From a virus (lineage: Duplodnaviria > Caudoviricetes), in the IMG/VR virus record IMGVR_UViG_3300020440_001367, positions 1 to 29,024 of that record: 29,024 bases of DNA; one strand, written 5' to 3'. Within the stretch, counting starts at the first letter, position 1. Each line of letters starts with the position of its first letter. The notes beneath the pieces are model-generated. The model did no database searches. It was not told the DNA's origin and saw only the letters and a list, made by a program, of their open reading frames with translations. A program made the position numbers and the translations under genes. Of this stretch, positions 15,959-25,521 are shown one piece after another.

Positions 15959-18934
15959 ATGAGCGATAGTGTATTATGGACTGTAAATACCGGACATAGT
16001 TTAGGAACATTTCAAGAAAGTGTTACACAAACAATACCATTACCAGTTAATACAGTAGATAGTTTAACACTAATAAGTGGTAGCCTTCCTGGCGGCTTAA
16101 GAATAGAAAATAATAATCAACTAGTAGGAACTCCTTATGAAGTAAACAGACTAAAAATTTTTACCTTTGTTCTAAGAGCAAAAAAAGGTAACATCATTGA
16201 AGATCGAACAATAAAGATTACTATAGATGGGGCTGATGCACCAACTTGGATTACCAATGAAGGATCACTTCCTTTAGGTCCTAACAATTCTTTTTATATA
16301 TTAGACAGCAGTCCTGTAGATTTTCAATTACAAGTTATAGATCCTGACTTACCTGCAGGAGACAATATAGAATATTACATAGGAGAGGGTGACGGAGAAC
16401 TTCCTCCAGGAATTTCCCTCGGTAGAACAACAGGAAGACTTACAGGTGTTACTGAACCTATCCTTGCATTAGAAAAACGAGCAGGATCAGGATACTTTGA
16501 TACTAATCTTTACGGCAGTTATCCATTTGATTTTGGTGTAAAGAGTTTTAATGGTTATGAAAGTTTTTATTATGATACAACGTTTTATGATTATGCAGTG
16601 CCCACACAAAGTCCTAAGAAACTTAATAGGTACTATGAGTTTACAGTAAATGCAAGTGATGGTGTCGTTATTGCTAGAAGAAAGTTCCAAATTTACCTAG
16701 TTGGTGATGATTTCCTAAGAACAGACAATACACTAATGCAACTAGGAACAGGTTTGTTTACAGCAGATAATACTTTCCTTAGAGCTCCTGTTTGGTTGAC
16801 ACCGGGTGACTTTGGATATAGACGGGCAAATAACTATGTTACATTATTTTTAGATGTTTATGATCCTACAAGTAATCAAGGAATAATTAGTTTTACTGTC
16901 AAAAATGCTAATCCAGACGGAACTGCAAGTGCATTACCTCCAGGTATGTCTATTGACAGCACTACCGGAGAAATAGCAGGTAGAATACCTTACCAACCAG
17001 CAGTTACAAAAGAATACAAATTTACAATAGAAGCTTTAAGACAACTTGGTTCTGCGTCAAGCACAGCAACACAATTTTTTGCAAACAATATTGGTGTAAA
17101 CCAAACATGGTCAGGAGGTACAAATACTCCTTTCTTTAATTTTGCACAAAATAATTTTGTAGGAACAAATGACGAAACGGGCTGGATTGTTTTCAATACG
17201 ACTCCTGTAACTGATGCTGATGCTGGAACAGGAATAGATAAAAATAGTCAATATGTAGCAAGTGGTATAATTGACAAAAATGTTTGGGTTGTATCTGCAG
17301 GTAGAGTAATCGCAACTTTTACAGACAAAGCTGTAACAACAATAGACGAAGGTACAACAGATTATCTAAGAGACACATTTGTAGGCACTATAGAAGATGT
17401 GGGATTTACGACTTTTGATAAGAATGGAGCCACCACTGCAAATAAAGTAGTGACTATGTCATTTTACAATTTTAACAGAAGAACAACAACAGAAAAAAAC
17501 CAAACTGTAGCCAAAGACAAAACATTTACCGTAAAACTTTTAGGTGAGGTTGAAAGTACTATCAATTGGAATACACCTAGTGACTTAGGAAATTTACGAG
17601 CAAATTTTGTTTCTACATTGTCCGTAAGTGCTACAAGCACGGTTCCTAATGCTGTATTGGTTTACACATTAGATAGTGGCACAATACCAAACGGAATAAC
17701 ATTAGGTATAAATGGACAGTTACAAGGAAAAGTTAGACAATTTGGTACTTCGGCTTTACCAGGACTAACCACTATAGACAAGGCAACAACGGCTATGACT
17801 TTTGACGGTGGTACTACTACTCTTGATAGAAAGTATACATTTACAATCAAAGCTCAAGACCAGTTTGGATTTTCTGCAACAACAAGGACGTTTACACTAT
17901 CAACCACTGATCCAGATGATTTGCTTTACAGTAGTATTTCTATGGTTCCGATGTTGAAGGCAGAGCAAAGAACTACTTTTACAAACTTCATTGCTGATCC
18001 TAATATTTTTACACCAGCATCTATTTACAGGCCTAATGATCCTACTTTTGGATTACAGAGCCAAATCAAAGCATTAGCTTACGCTGGAATAGAAACAAAA
18101 AATATAAGAGATTTTGTAGGAGCTGTAGCAAAAAATCACAAAAGGAAAAAATACAAATTTGGTAATGTAAGAAAGGCACTGGCTAAAAACCCAGGAAGCA
18201 ATGATACTGTTTACGAAGTAATTTACGTTGATTTGATAGACCCTGCAGAACCTACATCAGGAAAAACAGCAAAGTCTTTTGATTCTAAAACAAAAAATAA
18301 AATAACTGTTGATTCTATCCAATTTGAAGTTAATGATGACAACACCGGTATTGGAACAGGACAAGGATTTTTTGATATAACACTAAGAGGTAGCACAGGT
18401 AAATCTCCAGCATCAAGTGGAGTGTTAACTATCTTAGGACGCACGGGTCCTTTGGTATTTCAACCAGGATCTGCTATTCCTATTGTATTACAAAATGGTA
18501 CTTCTGTAATTGTTGCGAATATAGATGATAGTATTAACAGTGACCCTACAAGATTAAGACCCAAGGGAGATACTATTAAAATAGATAGTGATGCTATCAA
18601 TGTAAGTGAAGGATTAGATCAAAAAAAATATATCAGTAATATTACAAATATGCGTGATAGAATTAGAGCAGTAGGACAAAATTTGAGAGAATTTTATCCA
18701 TTGTGGATGAGAACTGCCCAGGCAACTGGACAAGGTGAATTGGGCTTTGTTTTGGGTGTTCCGCTGTGTTATTGTAAACCGGGACAAGCTGATCAGATTA
18801 TTTTGAACATTGCTAACAGTGGTTTTGACTTCAAAACCCTTAATATTGAGATTGAAAGGTATAATATAGACAGTACAGACGGAAATAGTGAAGAACAATA
18901 TATACCGTTCGCAAATTATACATTCAATGTTTAA
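15959..18934 (+). CDS. large structural protein with putative Ig (He_PIG-like) repeats; baseplate candidate
   Basis: Repeated SGSLPGGLRI, GELPPGISL..TTGRLTG, LPPGMSIDSTTGEIAG and SGTIPNGITL...GQLQG, followed by Y/F-x-FT strands. Confidence 0.75.
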   Translation: MSDSVLWTVNTGHSLGTFQESVTQTIPLPVNTVDSLTLISGSLPGGLRIENNNQLVGTPYEVNRLKIFTFVLRAKKGNIIEDRTIKITIDGADAPTWITNEGSLPLGPNNSFYILDSSPVDFQLQVIDPDLPAGDNIEYYIGEGDGELPPGISLGRTTGRLTGVTEPILALEKRAGSGYFDTNLYGSYPFDFGVKSFNGYESFYYDTTFYDYAVPTQSPKKLNRYYEFTVNASDGVVIARRKFQIYLVGDDFLRTDNTLMQLGTGLFTADNTFLRAPVWLTPGDFGYRRANNYVTLFLDVYDPTSNQGIISFTVKNANPDGTASALPPGMSIDSTTGEIAGRIPYQPAVTKEYKFTIEALRQLGSASSTATQFFANNIGVNQTWSGGTNTPFFNFAQNNFVGTNDETGWIVFNTTPVTDADAGTGIDKNSQYVASGIIDKNVWVVSAGRVIATFTDKAVTTIDEGTTDYLRDTFVGTIEDVGFTTFDKNGATTANKVVTMSFYNFNRRTTTEKNQTVAKDKTFTVKLLGEVESTINWNTPSDLGNLRANFVSTLSVSATSTVPNAVLVYTLDSGTIPNGITLGINGQLQGKVRQFGTSALPGLTTIDKATTAMTFDGGTTTLDRKYTFTIKAQDQFGFSATTRTFTLSTTDPDDLLYSSISMVPMLKAEQRTTFTNFIADPNIFTPASIYRPNDPTFGLQSQIKALAYAGIETKNIRDFVGAVAKNHKRKKYKFGNVRKALAKNPGSNDTVYEVIYVDLIDPAEPTSGKTAKSFDSKTKNKITVDSIQFEVNDDNTGIGTGQGFFDITLRGSTGKSPASSGVLTILGRTGPLVFQPGSAIPIVLQNGTSVIVANIDDSINSDPTRLRPKGDTIKIDSDAINVSEGLDQKKYISNITNMRDRIRAVGQNLREFYPLWMRTAQATGQGELGFVLGVPLCYCKPGQADQIILNIANSGFDFKTLNIEIERYNIDSTDGNSEEQYIPFANYTFNV

Positions 18935-18940
18935 TACAGA

Positions 18941-18946
18941 TAAATA
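18941..18946 (+). promoter_or_regulatory. TAAATA late-type promoter motif
   Basis: gaTAAATAaaacgtagaGAGGAcataatATG. Confidence 0.6.
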
Positions 18947-18966
18947 AAACGTAGAGAGGACATAAT

Positions 18967-19539
18967 ATGGCAAGTAATATTAACGATACTGGTGTTAACA
19001 AAGATTATCCTGTAGCTGGTCAAGACAATGATTCACAGGGATTTAGAGATAATTTTAATGTAATTAAAGACAATTTTGTAGCGGCGAAAAGCGAAATTGA
19101 AACACTACAAACCAATACAGCAAAACTTAATGTTGCTAATGATTTTTTGACAAATAATATTAGTAACGCAAACTTAATCAATAATAGTCAAGGATATTTT
19201 GCTGGTGGTACAATTAATACTAGCCAAAATGTTAACTTTTCAAATGGACATTACCAATCATTCACAATTGGTGCAGATGTAACATTGACACTTACTGGAT
19301 GGCCTGCAACAGGTAAAGCTGGTAAAGTCATTTTATATATTAATAATGACAATGTTCAAAGAACTGTAACTTTTGCCTCAAATGCAGGTGCTGGAACTTT
19401 CAAAAAAATTAGCACTTGGTCGGGAGCAGGTAATACTCTTGTTGTTGACACACCTAACACCAGAACATATGTTGTAGAATTTATAAGCTATGATGCTGGT
19501 GCTACAGTATTTGCCAATTCAGTAGGTTACTTTGCATAA
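18967..19539 (+). CDS. phage structural protein (hypothetical)
   Basis: YPVAGQDNDSQGFRDNF...IK.NF N-terminus, coiled segment and beta-rich C-terminus; last gene of the tail block. Confidence 0.7.
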   Translation: MASNINDTGVNKDYPVAGQDNDSQGFRDNFNVIKDNFVAAKSEIETLQTNTAKLNVANDFLTNNISNANLINNSQGYFAGGTINTSQNVNFSNGHYQSFTIGADVTLTLTGWPATGKAGKVILYINNDNVQRTVTFASNAGAGTFKKISTWSGAGNTLVVDTPNTRTYVVEFISYDAGATVFANSVGYFA

Positions 19540-19772
19540 TGCATCACCCTTTTTCAGAAGACACTTCTAATCTAAGTATCAATCAACTTTATGAAAAAAT
19601 AAACGAATTAACCAAAAAGTATTTTCAATCAAATAATCCTCAAGTAAAACAACAAATTCAGACTTTTATTGACTATTATAAACTAGAAGTTAGACAGAAA
19701 GAAGCGGCAGAGAAGAAAAAAGCCGAAGAAAATGGCGAAATAGATCTTGACAAATTGATCAATATCGAGTAA
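19539..19772 (+). CDS. hypothetical helical protein (77 aa)
   Basis: TAATG coupling; amphipathic, charged sequence. Confidence 0.75.
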   Translation: MHHPFSEDTSNLSINQLYEKINELTKKYFQSNNPQVKQQIQTFIDYYKLEVRQKEAAEKKKAEENGEIDLDKLINIE

Positions 19773-19775
19773 TAT
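19747..19775 (+). promoter_or_regulatory. sigma70-type promoter for the DnaE fragment, inside the end of the upstream gene
   Basis: TTGACA (19747-19752), 17 nt, TAATAT (19770-19775); ATG at 19783, i.e. a near-leaderless start. Confidence 0.6.
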
Positions 19776-19782
19776 AGTATAC

Positions 19783-20313
19783 ATGATTATGAAGACTGAT
19801 GATTTAGGCATTCCTAGATTTACCAATAAAGATCTTATAGATATGATTTATAGTGGTCATATCGATAAGTGCCATGTGGTTCTTTGTGATCCATCTGATG
19901 ACATAGATAAATTTAATAAACTAGCAAAAGAATATGGAACACCTGAATTAAAAAAATACATTCCTATAGATGTAGATAAAAAAGACTTTGATGGTGTTTG
20001 TCAGGGTGAATGGTTTATGCCTGATACATATAAAGACATAAATGTATATCAATATGTTTTAAGTAAGGCGAAAACTCCATGTCCTGAACATGTACAGAAA
20101 AGAATTTGGACAGAATTACAAGAATTTGAAAAGCGTGGTATGATGGATTTGCTACGTTATATGATATATTTGGTTGATTTTATGCGAAAAGAAAATATTG
20201 TATGGGGTGTAGGCCGTGGTTCTAGTGTGGCTAGTTATGTGTTATATCTTATAGGTATACATAAAGTAGACTCAATTCAATATGGCCTGGACTACAAAGA
20301 GTTCTTGAGATAA
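19783..20313 (+). CDS. stand-alone fragment of DNA polymerase III alpha subunit (DnaE/PolC family, N-terminal palm part)
   Basis: RIWTELQEFEKRG..DLL.Y...LVDFMRKENIVWGVGRGSSVASYVLYLIGIHKVDSIQYGLDYKEFL corresponds to DnaE RL..EL..I...G...YFL...D.......I.VG.GRGS.AGSLV.Y.L.IT..DP....L.FERFL. Confidence 0.85.
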   Translation: MIMKTDDLGIPRFTNKDLIDMIYSGHIDKCHVVLCDPSDDIDKFNKLAKEYGTPELKKYIPIDVDKKDFDGVCQGEWFMPDTYKDINVYQYVLSKAKTPCPEHVQKRIWTELQEFEKRGMMDLLRYMIYLVDFMRKENIVWGVGRGSSVASYVLYLIGIHKVDSIQYGLDYKEFLR

Positions 20314-20340
20314 GTAAGTATATAATAAAGGAGGTCAATT

Positions 20341-20739
20341 ATGGCAGTTAGACAAACAGGACGTAAGCAATACAAAACCATGCAAGGTAAAGATATTGAC
20401 ATGGATTTGCTTAGACAACGAAATGAATTAACTCCAGCAGTTGGTAACGTAAGGGTAAATGCACGAGGCGACGAATTAGGTCCAGGTGGTAAGATTATCA
20501 AAAAACGTGAAGAAGTCTTAAGAGACTACTACGAAGATAATGTTGCTCCTACTGAATTTGAAACTCCTACTGCACAACCAATCACAGAACCAATTGTTGA
20601 ACCCGAACTACAAGAAAAGGTTGAAGACACTAAGAAGTCAGCTTCTACAAAAGCAAAGCCTGGAAAAACAAAGGCTGAGTCTAAAGAAGACGAATGGATA
20701 GAAGACGATGACGGCAATTACGTAAAAAGAGGTGCGTAA
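20341..20739 (+). CDS. hypothetical protein (132 aa)
   Basis: Strong AAGGAGG RBS; preceded by the variant motif TAAGTA (20311-20316); AVGNVRVNARGDELGPGG core and a low-complexity tail. Confidence 0.8.
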   Translation: MAVRQTGRKQYKTMQGKDIDMDLLRQRNELTPAVGNVRVNARGDELGPGGKIIKKREEVLRDYYEDNVAPTEFETPTAQPITEPIVEPELQEKVEDTKKSASTKAKPGKTKAESKEDEWIEDDDGNYVKRGA

Positions 20740-21098
20740 TGGCTGGAAACCTTGTAACCATTAAAGTCGATGGACTTAAAGCTATAGGAGACGGGGTTTT
20801 AGTTTCCGAAATGAACTTCGGGGAACAGAAGACCAAATCAGGGTTAATTATTAGAGCCGATGACGGAGAGGTCAGAGGTATCTATGCAAGATGGGGCAGA
20901 GTAATCAGCAAAGGTCCTAAAAACACAGATCCTTATGAAGTAGGACAATGGATTCTAGTCGATCATGGTCGTTGGACTAGAGGAGTCAACATATCAATAA
21001 ACGGAGAAGATTTGACTGTTCGAAAAGTTGATAACAAAGATATCTTAGGATATTCAGATAAACCACTTTCAGATTATAGTGTAGGACAAGAGTTATGA
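20739..21098 (+). CDS. groES: GroES-like co-chaperonin
   Basis: LKAIGDGVLV...EQKTKSGLII...GRVISKGP...EVGQWILV...DILG follows the GroES pattern, including the mobile loop. Confidence 0.8.
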   Translation: MAGNLVTIKVDGLKAIGDGVLVSEMNFGEQKTKSGLIIRADDGEVRGIYARWGRVISKGPKNTDPYEVGQWILVDHGRWTRGVNISINGEDLTVRKVDNKDILGYSDKPLSDYSVGQEL

Positions 21099-21547
21099 TA
21101 GATGTAGAAACAATACAAAGAGAACTTCCCGAAAAGACAGATACAGATATAGTTGACTTAAACAAATATAAACACTTTGTAGAAAAAGTTACATCAGAAG
21201 AATCAAACGATTGGTCCTATACACAGGCCCGATTGCACGAACTGAACGATGACGTAAACATTTCACTGCTTTTAACAGGAGCAATTGGTATAGCATCAGA
21301 AGGAGGAGAATATGCAGAAATTGTTAAAAAGTGTATTTTCCAAGGTAAACCTTTGGATGATGACACAAAGTTTCATATAAAACGAGAATTGGGTGATATT
21401 ATTTGGTATTGGATTAATTCGTGCAGAGCGTTGGATTTAGACCCGAATGAAGTTATAGCTGAAAATGTAAAAAAATTAAGTTCAAGATATCCTGGCGGTG
21501 CCTTTGATGTTCACTATTCAGAGAATCGTAAGGAAAACGATTTATAG
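21095..21547 (+). CDS. mazG: MazG-like nucleoside triphosphate pyrophosphohydrolase
   Basis: GIASEGGEYAEIVKK...ELGDIIWY...N..KLSSRYP. Confidence 0.88.
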   Translation: MIDVETIQRELPEKTDTDIVDLNKYKHFVEKVTSEESNDWSYTQARLHELNDDVNISLLLTGAIGIASEGGEYAEIVKKCIFQGKPLDDDTKFHIKRELGDIIWYWINSCRALDLDPNEVIAENVKKLSSRYPGGAFDVHYSENRKENDL

Positions 21548-21560
21548 TCACCAAAAACAG

Positions 21561-21589
21561 TTGACATTCTTATATTAAGGTGTTACAAT
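21561..21589 (+). promoter_or_regulatory. near-consensus sigma70 promoter heading the replication/auxiliary gene run
   Basis: TTGACA (21561-21566), 17 nt, TACAAT (21584-21589) with an extended TG; intergenic; AGGAG RBS follows. Confidence 0.8.
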
Positions 21590-21611
21590 AAAACACAAAA
21601 TAGGAGTGTAA

Positions 21612-21776
21612 ATGAAGTTTCCAAAAACACAATCCAGTAGTATAGGTACAACAGGAGCCACAGGCGTTGCTCTGATGGTAATGCATCTGACAGGATTTGT
21701 TAATGGTTGGGCATGGCCAATCCTATATATATTTTTAATTTTTTGTGCAATAGTACAAGAGAATAGGAAAGGCTAA
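21612..21776 (+). CDS. small membrane protein (54 aa, not in ORF track)
   Basis: AGGAG RBS; MKFPKTQSSSIGTTGATGVALMVMHLTGFVNGWAWPILYIFLIFCAIVQENRKG; TAATG coupling to the next gene. Confidence 0.8.
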   Translation: MKFPKTQSSSIGTTGATGVALMVMHLTGFVNGWAWPILYIFLIFCAIVQENRKG

Positions 21777-22318
21777 TGGCAGTACACGGAATGATTGATA
21801 TTGAGACACTAGGAGTAGATCCTGGTTGTGTAGTTCTTACAATAGGTGGAATAAAATTTAATCCCTATTCAAATGCAGAACCACATGATGGTTTGTACAT
21901 TAGATGCAATGTCGATGAACAAACAGAATTAGGTAGAACTGTAGATGAAAATACATTAGCTTGGTGGAACAAACAAGATCCAAAAATTAAAGATGAAGCA
22001 TTGTCTGATAATGACAGAGTAAATTTAAATGAAGTGTTAAAACAGATAAACAAATTTTGTGTAGGGCTTGATAACATATGGTGCCAAGGTCCTACATTTG
22101 ATTTTACAATATTAGAAAATTTGTATAGACAACTAGGAACTCCTGTTCCGTGGCATTACTGGCAGATTAGAGATTCAAGAACACTTTTTAAGATGATGCC
22201 TAAAGATCCTAGAAAAGAAATACAAAGCGACTTGCACAATGCATTAGCTGACTGTTATTATCAAGCGAAGTGTGTACAAAAAACTTTTAAACATTTTGGA
22301 GTAGTAAATGGCAGATAG
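21776..22318 (+). CDS. DEDDh 3'-5' exonuclease (DnaQ-like superfamily)
   Basis: MIDIETLG (ExoI), GPTFDFTIL (ExoII), RDSRT and HNALADC (ExoIII). Confidence 0.9.
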   Translation: MAVHGMIDIETLGVDPGCVVLTIGGIKFNPYSNAEPHDGLYIRCNVDEQTELGRTVDENTLAWWNKQDPKIKDEALSDNDRVNLNEVLKQINKFCVGLDNIWCQGPTFDFTILENLYRQLGTPVPWHYWQIRDSRTLFKMMPKDPRKEIQSDLHNALADCYYQAKCVQKTFKHFGVVNGR

Positions 22319-22619
22319 AAAATTAGTCGACGGCACTTGGGCACAAGAGTTGGATCAACCTGTTGATCTAGTGATTAAAACAAAATGTCCAAGCAAATGG
22401 AAAATTGTTGATATGGAAACAGGTAAGGCATACGTTGGGACAGATAAAAATAAAAAGTTTCAGTATTGGGAACCGGTTGATAATGAACGATTAAAGAATA
22501 TCGAATCCGAACTGAAAGAACTTAATAAGCAATTAAGTAAACATATAAAGTTTATTGATGATACTTATGAAGGATTGAAGAATCCAATCAATGCGGCAAG
22601 GAGGTGGTTAGGCAGATGA
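22308..22619 (+). CDS. hypothetical protein with C-terminal coiled coil
   Basis: GGAG RBS; overlaps both neighbours; heptad pattern ERLKNIESELKELNKQL. Confidence 0.75.
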   Translation: MADRKLVDGTWAQELDQPVDLVIKTKCPSKWKIVDMETGKAYVGTDKNKKFQYWEPVDNERLKNIESELKELNKQLSKHIKFIDDTYEGLKNPINAARRWLGR

Positions 22620-23533
22620 AGGAACTTTGGGTTGAAAAATATCGTCCGAAAGACGTGGACGGATATGTGTTTAGAGATGAACATCAAAAACGTCAAGTAC
22701 AACAGTGGATCAAAGATGGTACTATTCCACACTTGCTTTTTTCAGGTAATGCTGGTATAGGTAAAACAACTCTTGCTAAAATATTGTTAGCACAATTAGA
22801 AGTAAATGATTTAGATGTGTTAGAAATAAATGCAAGTAGAACAAATTCAGTAGAAGATGTTAGAGATAAGGTCGTAAACTTTGTACAAATGATTCCATTT
22901 GGAGAATTTAAAGTTGTATTACTCGATGAGGCCGATTATCTTAGTCCAAATGCTCAGGCGGCATTACGCGGAGTTATGGAAGAATATCACACCACTTCAA
23001 GATTTATTCTTACTTGTAATTACCCCAACCGTATTATCCCTGCTTTGCACAGTCGTTGTCAGGGCTTTCACATAGAACGTATTGATCAAACAGAATTTAC
23101 TGCCAGAGTTGCAGAGATTTTGATTGCAGAAGAAATTACTCCAGACTTAGATGTACTTGATACTTATGTTAAAGCAACTTATCCAGATCTACGTAAGTGT
23201 GTTAACATGGTACAAATGAATAGTGTAAATGGTACACTTGTTCCTCCTGAAAAGAGTGATGCTGGAGATAGTGATTACAAACTTGAAATGACTGAGCTAT
23301 TCAAAGCGGGTAAAATTACCCAAGCAAGAAAACTTGTTTGTAGTCAAGCACGTCCCGAAGAAATAGAAGATGTTTATAAATGGTTATATGACAACATTGA
23401 TCTGTTTGGTGACGAAGAAAAGCAAGAAAGTGCAATTCTCATAATTAAACAAGGTCTTGTTGATCATACATTAGTTTCTGATCCAGAAATAAACCTAGCG
23501 GCAACTATGATTAGATTAGCGAGAATGAAATGA
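22616..23533 (+). CDS. sliding-clamp loader AAA+ subunit (RFC small subunit/T4 gp44-like)
   Basis: WVEKYRP, PHLLFSGNAGIGKTT (Walker A), LEINAS, LLDEAD (Walker B) and SRC motif; start moved to ATG 22616 (ATGA overlap). Confidence 0.93.
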   Translation: MKELWVEKYRPKDVDGYVFRDEHQKRQVQQWIKDGTIPHLLFSGNAGIGKTTLAKILLAQLEVNDLDVLEINASRTNSVEDVRDKVVNFVQMIPFGEFKVVLLDEADYLSPNAQAALRGVMEEYHTTSRFILTCNYPNRIIPALHSRCQGFHIERIDQTEFTARVAEILIAEEITPDLDVLDTYVKATYPDLRKCVNMVQMNSVNGTLVPPEKSDAGDSDYKLEMTELFKAGKITQARKLVCSQARPEEIEDVYKWLYDNIDLFGDEEKQESAILIIKQGLVDHTLVSDPEINLAATMIRLARMK

Positions 23534-23955
23534 AAATATTAATTTTTGGTTTACCAGGAAGTGGTAAAACAACACTAGCAAAACCCTTTGCAGAACTTAT
23601 TAACGGTATACATATAAACGCAGACGAAGTAAGGAAGAAGTACGATGACTGGGATTTCAGTCCTGAAGGTCGTATTAGACAAGCTCAACGTATGCGAAAT
23701 CTAGCTGACGGGGTTGAAATGGCAGGTAAGATAGCAGTAGCTGATTTTGTTTGCCCTACTGAAAAAGCAAGAAAAGAATTTGCACCTGATTATACAGTAT
23801 GGATGAATACTATTAAAGAAGGTAGATTTGAAGATACGAATAAAATGTTTGAAGATCCACCTAGTTGTAATTACCATGTACGTGAATGGTTTACTGATAC
23901 ACACCAACAACTTTTAGAAGTTGTTAAAAATTACATGGAGCGAAATAATGTTTGA
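23530..23955 (+). CDS. P-loop kinase, adenylylsulfate-kinase (CysC)-like
   Basis: GLPGSGKTT, ADEVR, DFSPEGRIRQ, ADFVCP and FEDP. Confidence 0.75.
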   Translation: MKILIFGLPGSGKTTLAKPFAELINGIHINADEVRKKYDDWDFSPEGRIRQAQRMRNLADGVEMAGKIAVADFVCPTEKARKEFAPDYTVWMNTIKEGRFEDTNKMFEDPPSCNYHVREWFTDTHQQLLEVVKNYMERNNV

Positions 23956-24358
23956 TTGGAAAAAACCTACAACACAGATGCTGGGAAGATGGCAACCTTG
24001 GCATGATGGTCATACTGCTTTATTTAAAAAAGCTCTTGCAGAAACAGGTCAAGTCATTATAATGGTTCGTGATGTAGGAGGTATTGTGGGAGAAGATGCT
24101 GGTGGAGGAAGAACTGTAGCTCAAACAGATAATCCATTTGACTTTTCAAAAGTTTGTGTTAATATACGTAATGGACTTGAAGAACATGGTTATACAATGA
24201 ATGAAGAATATATAGTTATGAAGGTACCAAACATAGTAGATATAAGTTATGGCAGAGGTGTGGGTTACACATTTACTGAACATGACTTAGGAGAAGAAGT
24301 GCATAAAATTAGTGCAACAAACATCCGTGCTCATTTACGAGAGAAAGGAGAGTTGTGA
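23948..24358 (+). CDS. HxGH-family nucleotidyltransferase (cytidylyltransferase-like)
   Basis: [22 protein letters not shown] and ISATNIR; start taken at ATG 23948 (GGAG upstream). Confidence 0.8.
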   Translation: MFDWKKPTTQMLGRWQPWHDGHTALFKKALAETGQVIIMVRDVGGIVGEDAGGGRTVAQTDNPFDFSKVCVNIRNGLEEHGYTMNEEYIVMKVPNIVDISYGRGVGYTFTEHDLGEEVHKISATNIRAHLREKGEL

Positions 24359-24690
24359 CATACCTAGTAAACGACAACTGTATAAAGTGCAAACACATGG
24401 ATTGTGTAGAAGTATGTCCTGTAGATTGTTTTTACGAGGGTGAAAACATGCTTGTAATTAATCCTGATGAGTGTATCGATTGTGGTGTATGTGAACCTGA
24501 GTGTCCTGTAGAAGCTATTATACAAGGTGAAGAAGATAATCCTTGGTATGAACTTAATAATAAATGGTCACAAGAATGGCCTAATATCTCACAAGCAAGA
24601 CCTGAAGATGTACCTTCCGATGCCTCTGACTGGAAAGATGTTCCAGATAAAATAAAATACTTTTCAGAAAAACCTGGCAAAGGTGACTAA
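24355..24690 (+). CDS. fdxA: 7Fe-type ferredoxin
   Basis: [21 protein letters not shown]...[17 protein letters not shown]; GTG start with AGGAG RBS. Confidence 0.93.
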   Translation: MTYLVNDNCIKCKHMDCVEVCPVDCFYEGENMLVINPDECIDCGVCEPECPVEAIIQGEEDNPWYELNNKWSQEWPNISQARPEDVPSDASDWKDVPDKIKYFSEKPGKGD

Positions 24691-25028
24691 TGATTCCTAT
24701 CTGTGTCAATCACGGCTGTACTCGTAAGGCTACAAAAAGTGGCAAACATAAATTTAGACCAGTATGTTGGAAATGCCATCAAGCATCATATGGAGCAAGA
24801 GCCTTAGAAGAAGGTGTGAGATTTGCAAAAAAAGTTTACTGCGAAAATGTAGACGGTAGACTAGGTTATGTATGCACCGCACATATTCCTTATTCAGGTG
24901 CATTAGAACTAGACCACATAGACGGTAACCAAGTAAATAATAAATTAAATAATATACAAACACTTTGTAAGGTTTGTCATTCTTATAAAAGTCATAAGAA
25001 CGAAGATTACAAAAAAGGAAGATTATGA
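24690..25028 (+). CDS. HNH endonuclease with Zn-binding Cys pairs
   Basis: LELDHIDGNQVNNKLNNIQTLCKVCH; N-terminal CVNHGC and CWKCH. Confidence 0.85.
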   Translation: MIPICVNHGCTRKATKSGKHKFRPVCWKCHQASYGARALEEGVRFAKKVYCENVDGRLGYVCTAHIPYSGALELDHIDGNQVNNKLNNIQTLCKVCHSYKSHKNEDYKKGRL

Positions 25029-25345
25029 GATTTAAATGTAAGCATATATTATTAAGTCACAAAGATGCTGAAAATAGCTCTCATGAAAGAGCATTAGGTG
25101 TAGCTATGGAAGAAGCTGAAGCAATTATTAAAAAATTAAAAACAGGTGAAATAAAATTTGAAGAAACTGCAAGGCGACATAGTGCATGTTTAAGTGGACC
25201 ATCAGCAGGAGGAGAACTTGGGTGGCAGGAGGAAGAGCATTTCCATCCAGACTTTTCAAATGCAGTTAGAGTCATACCTATAGACCAAATAGGTCCTCCT
25301 ATTATTTCACCTTGGGGAGTTCATGTTGTTTGGAGAACTGGGTGA
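25025..25345 (+). CDS. parvulin/PpiC-type peptidyl-prolyl isomerase
   Basis: HILL, FEETARRHS.C.SG...GGELG, F...F, and SPWGVHVV. Confidence 0.9.
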   Translation: MRFKCKHILLSHKDAENSSHERALGVAMEEAEAIIKKLKTGEIKFEETARRHSACLSGPSAGGELGWQEEEHFHPDFSNAVRVIPIDQIGPPIISPWGVHVVWRTG

Positions 25346-25521
25346 TAGATTATCCAGAAACAATAATTTACACAGAAGAAGAAGGAATATCCTGTATGGG
25401 AGAAGCAATGGATCATCCTAAGGTATACTATGCAGTGCCTGAAGAAGGTTTTGTAAAGTGTAATTACTGTGATATAAAATTTACTAGAAATAAAAAATAT
25501 AAGGACCACAAAAATGATTGA
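25342..25521 (+). CDS. zf-CHCC zinc-finger protein (NDUFS6-like)
   Basis: SCMG....DHPKVY.......VKCNYCDIKF; GTG 25342 in a GTGA overlap with a GGAG RBS. Confidence 0.8.
   Translation: MIDYPETIIYTEEEGISCMGEAMDHPKVYYAVPEEGFVKCNYCDIKFTRNKKYKDHKND

Noticed and set aside
19783-20340. DnaE fragment as a frameshifted pseudogene or split-intein half
   Set aside because: No DnaE continuation was recognisable after the stop, the next gene has its own RBS, and no intein N-terminal block follows.
24690-25028. HNH gene as part of an intron
   Set aside because: It is free-standing and overlaps complete genes on both sides; no interrupted host gene.
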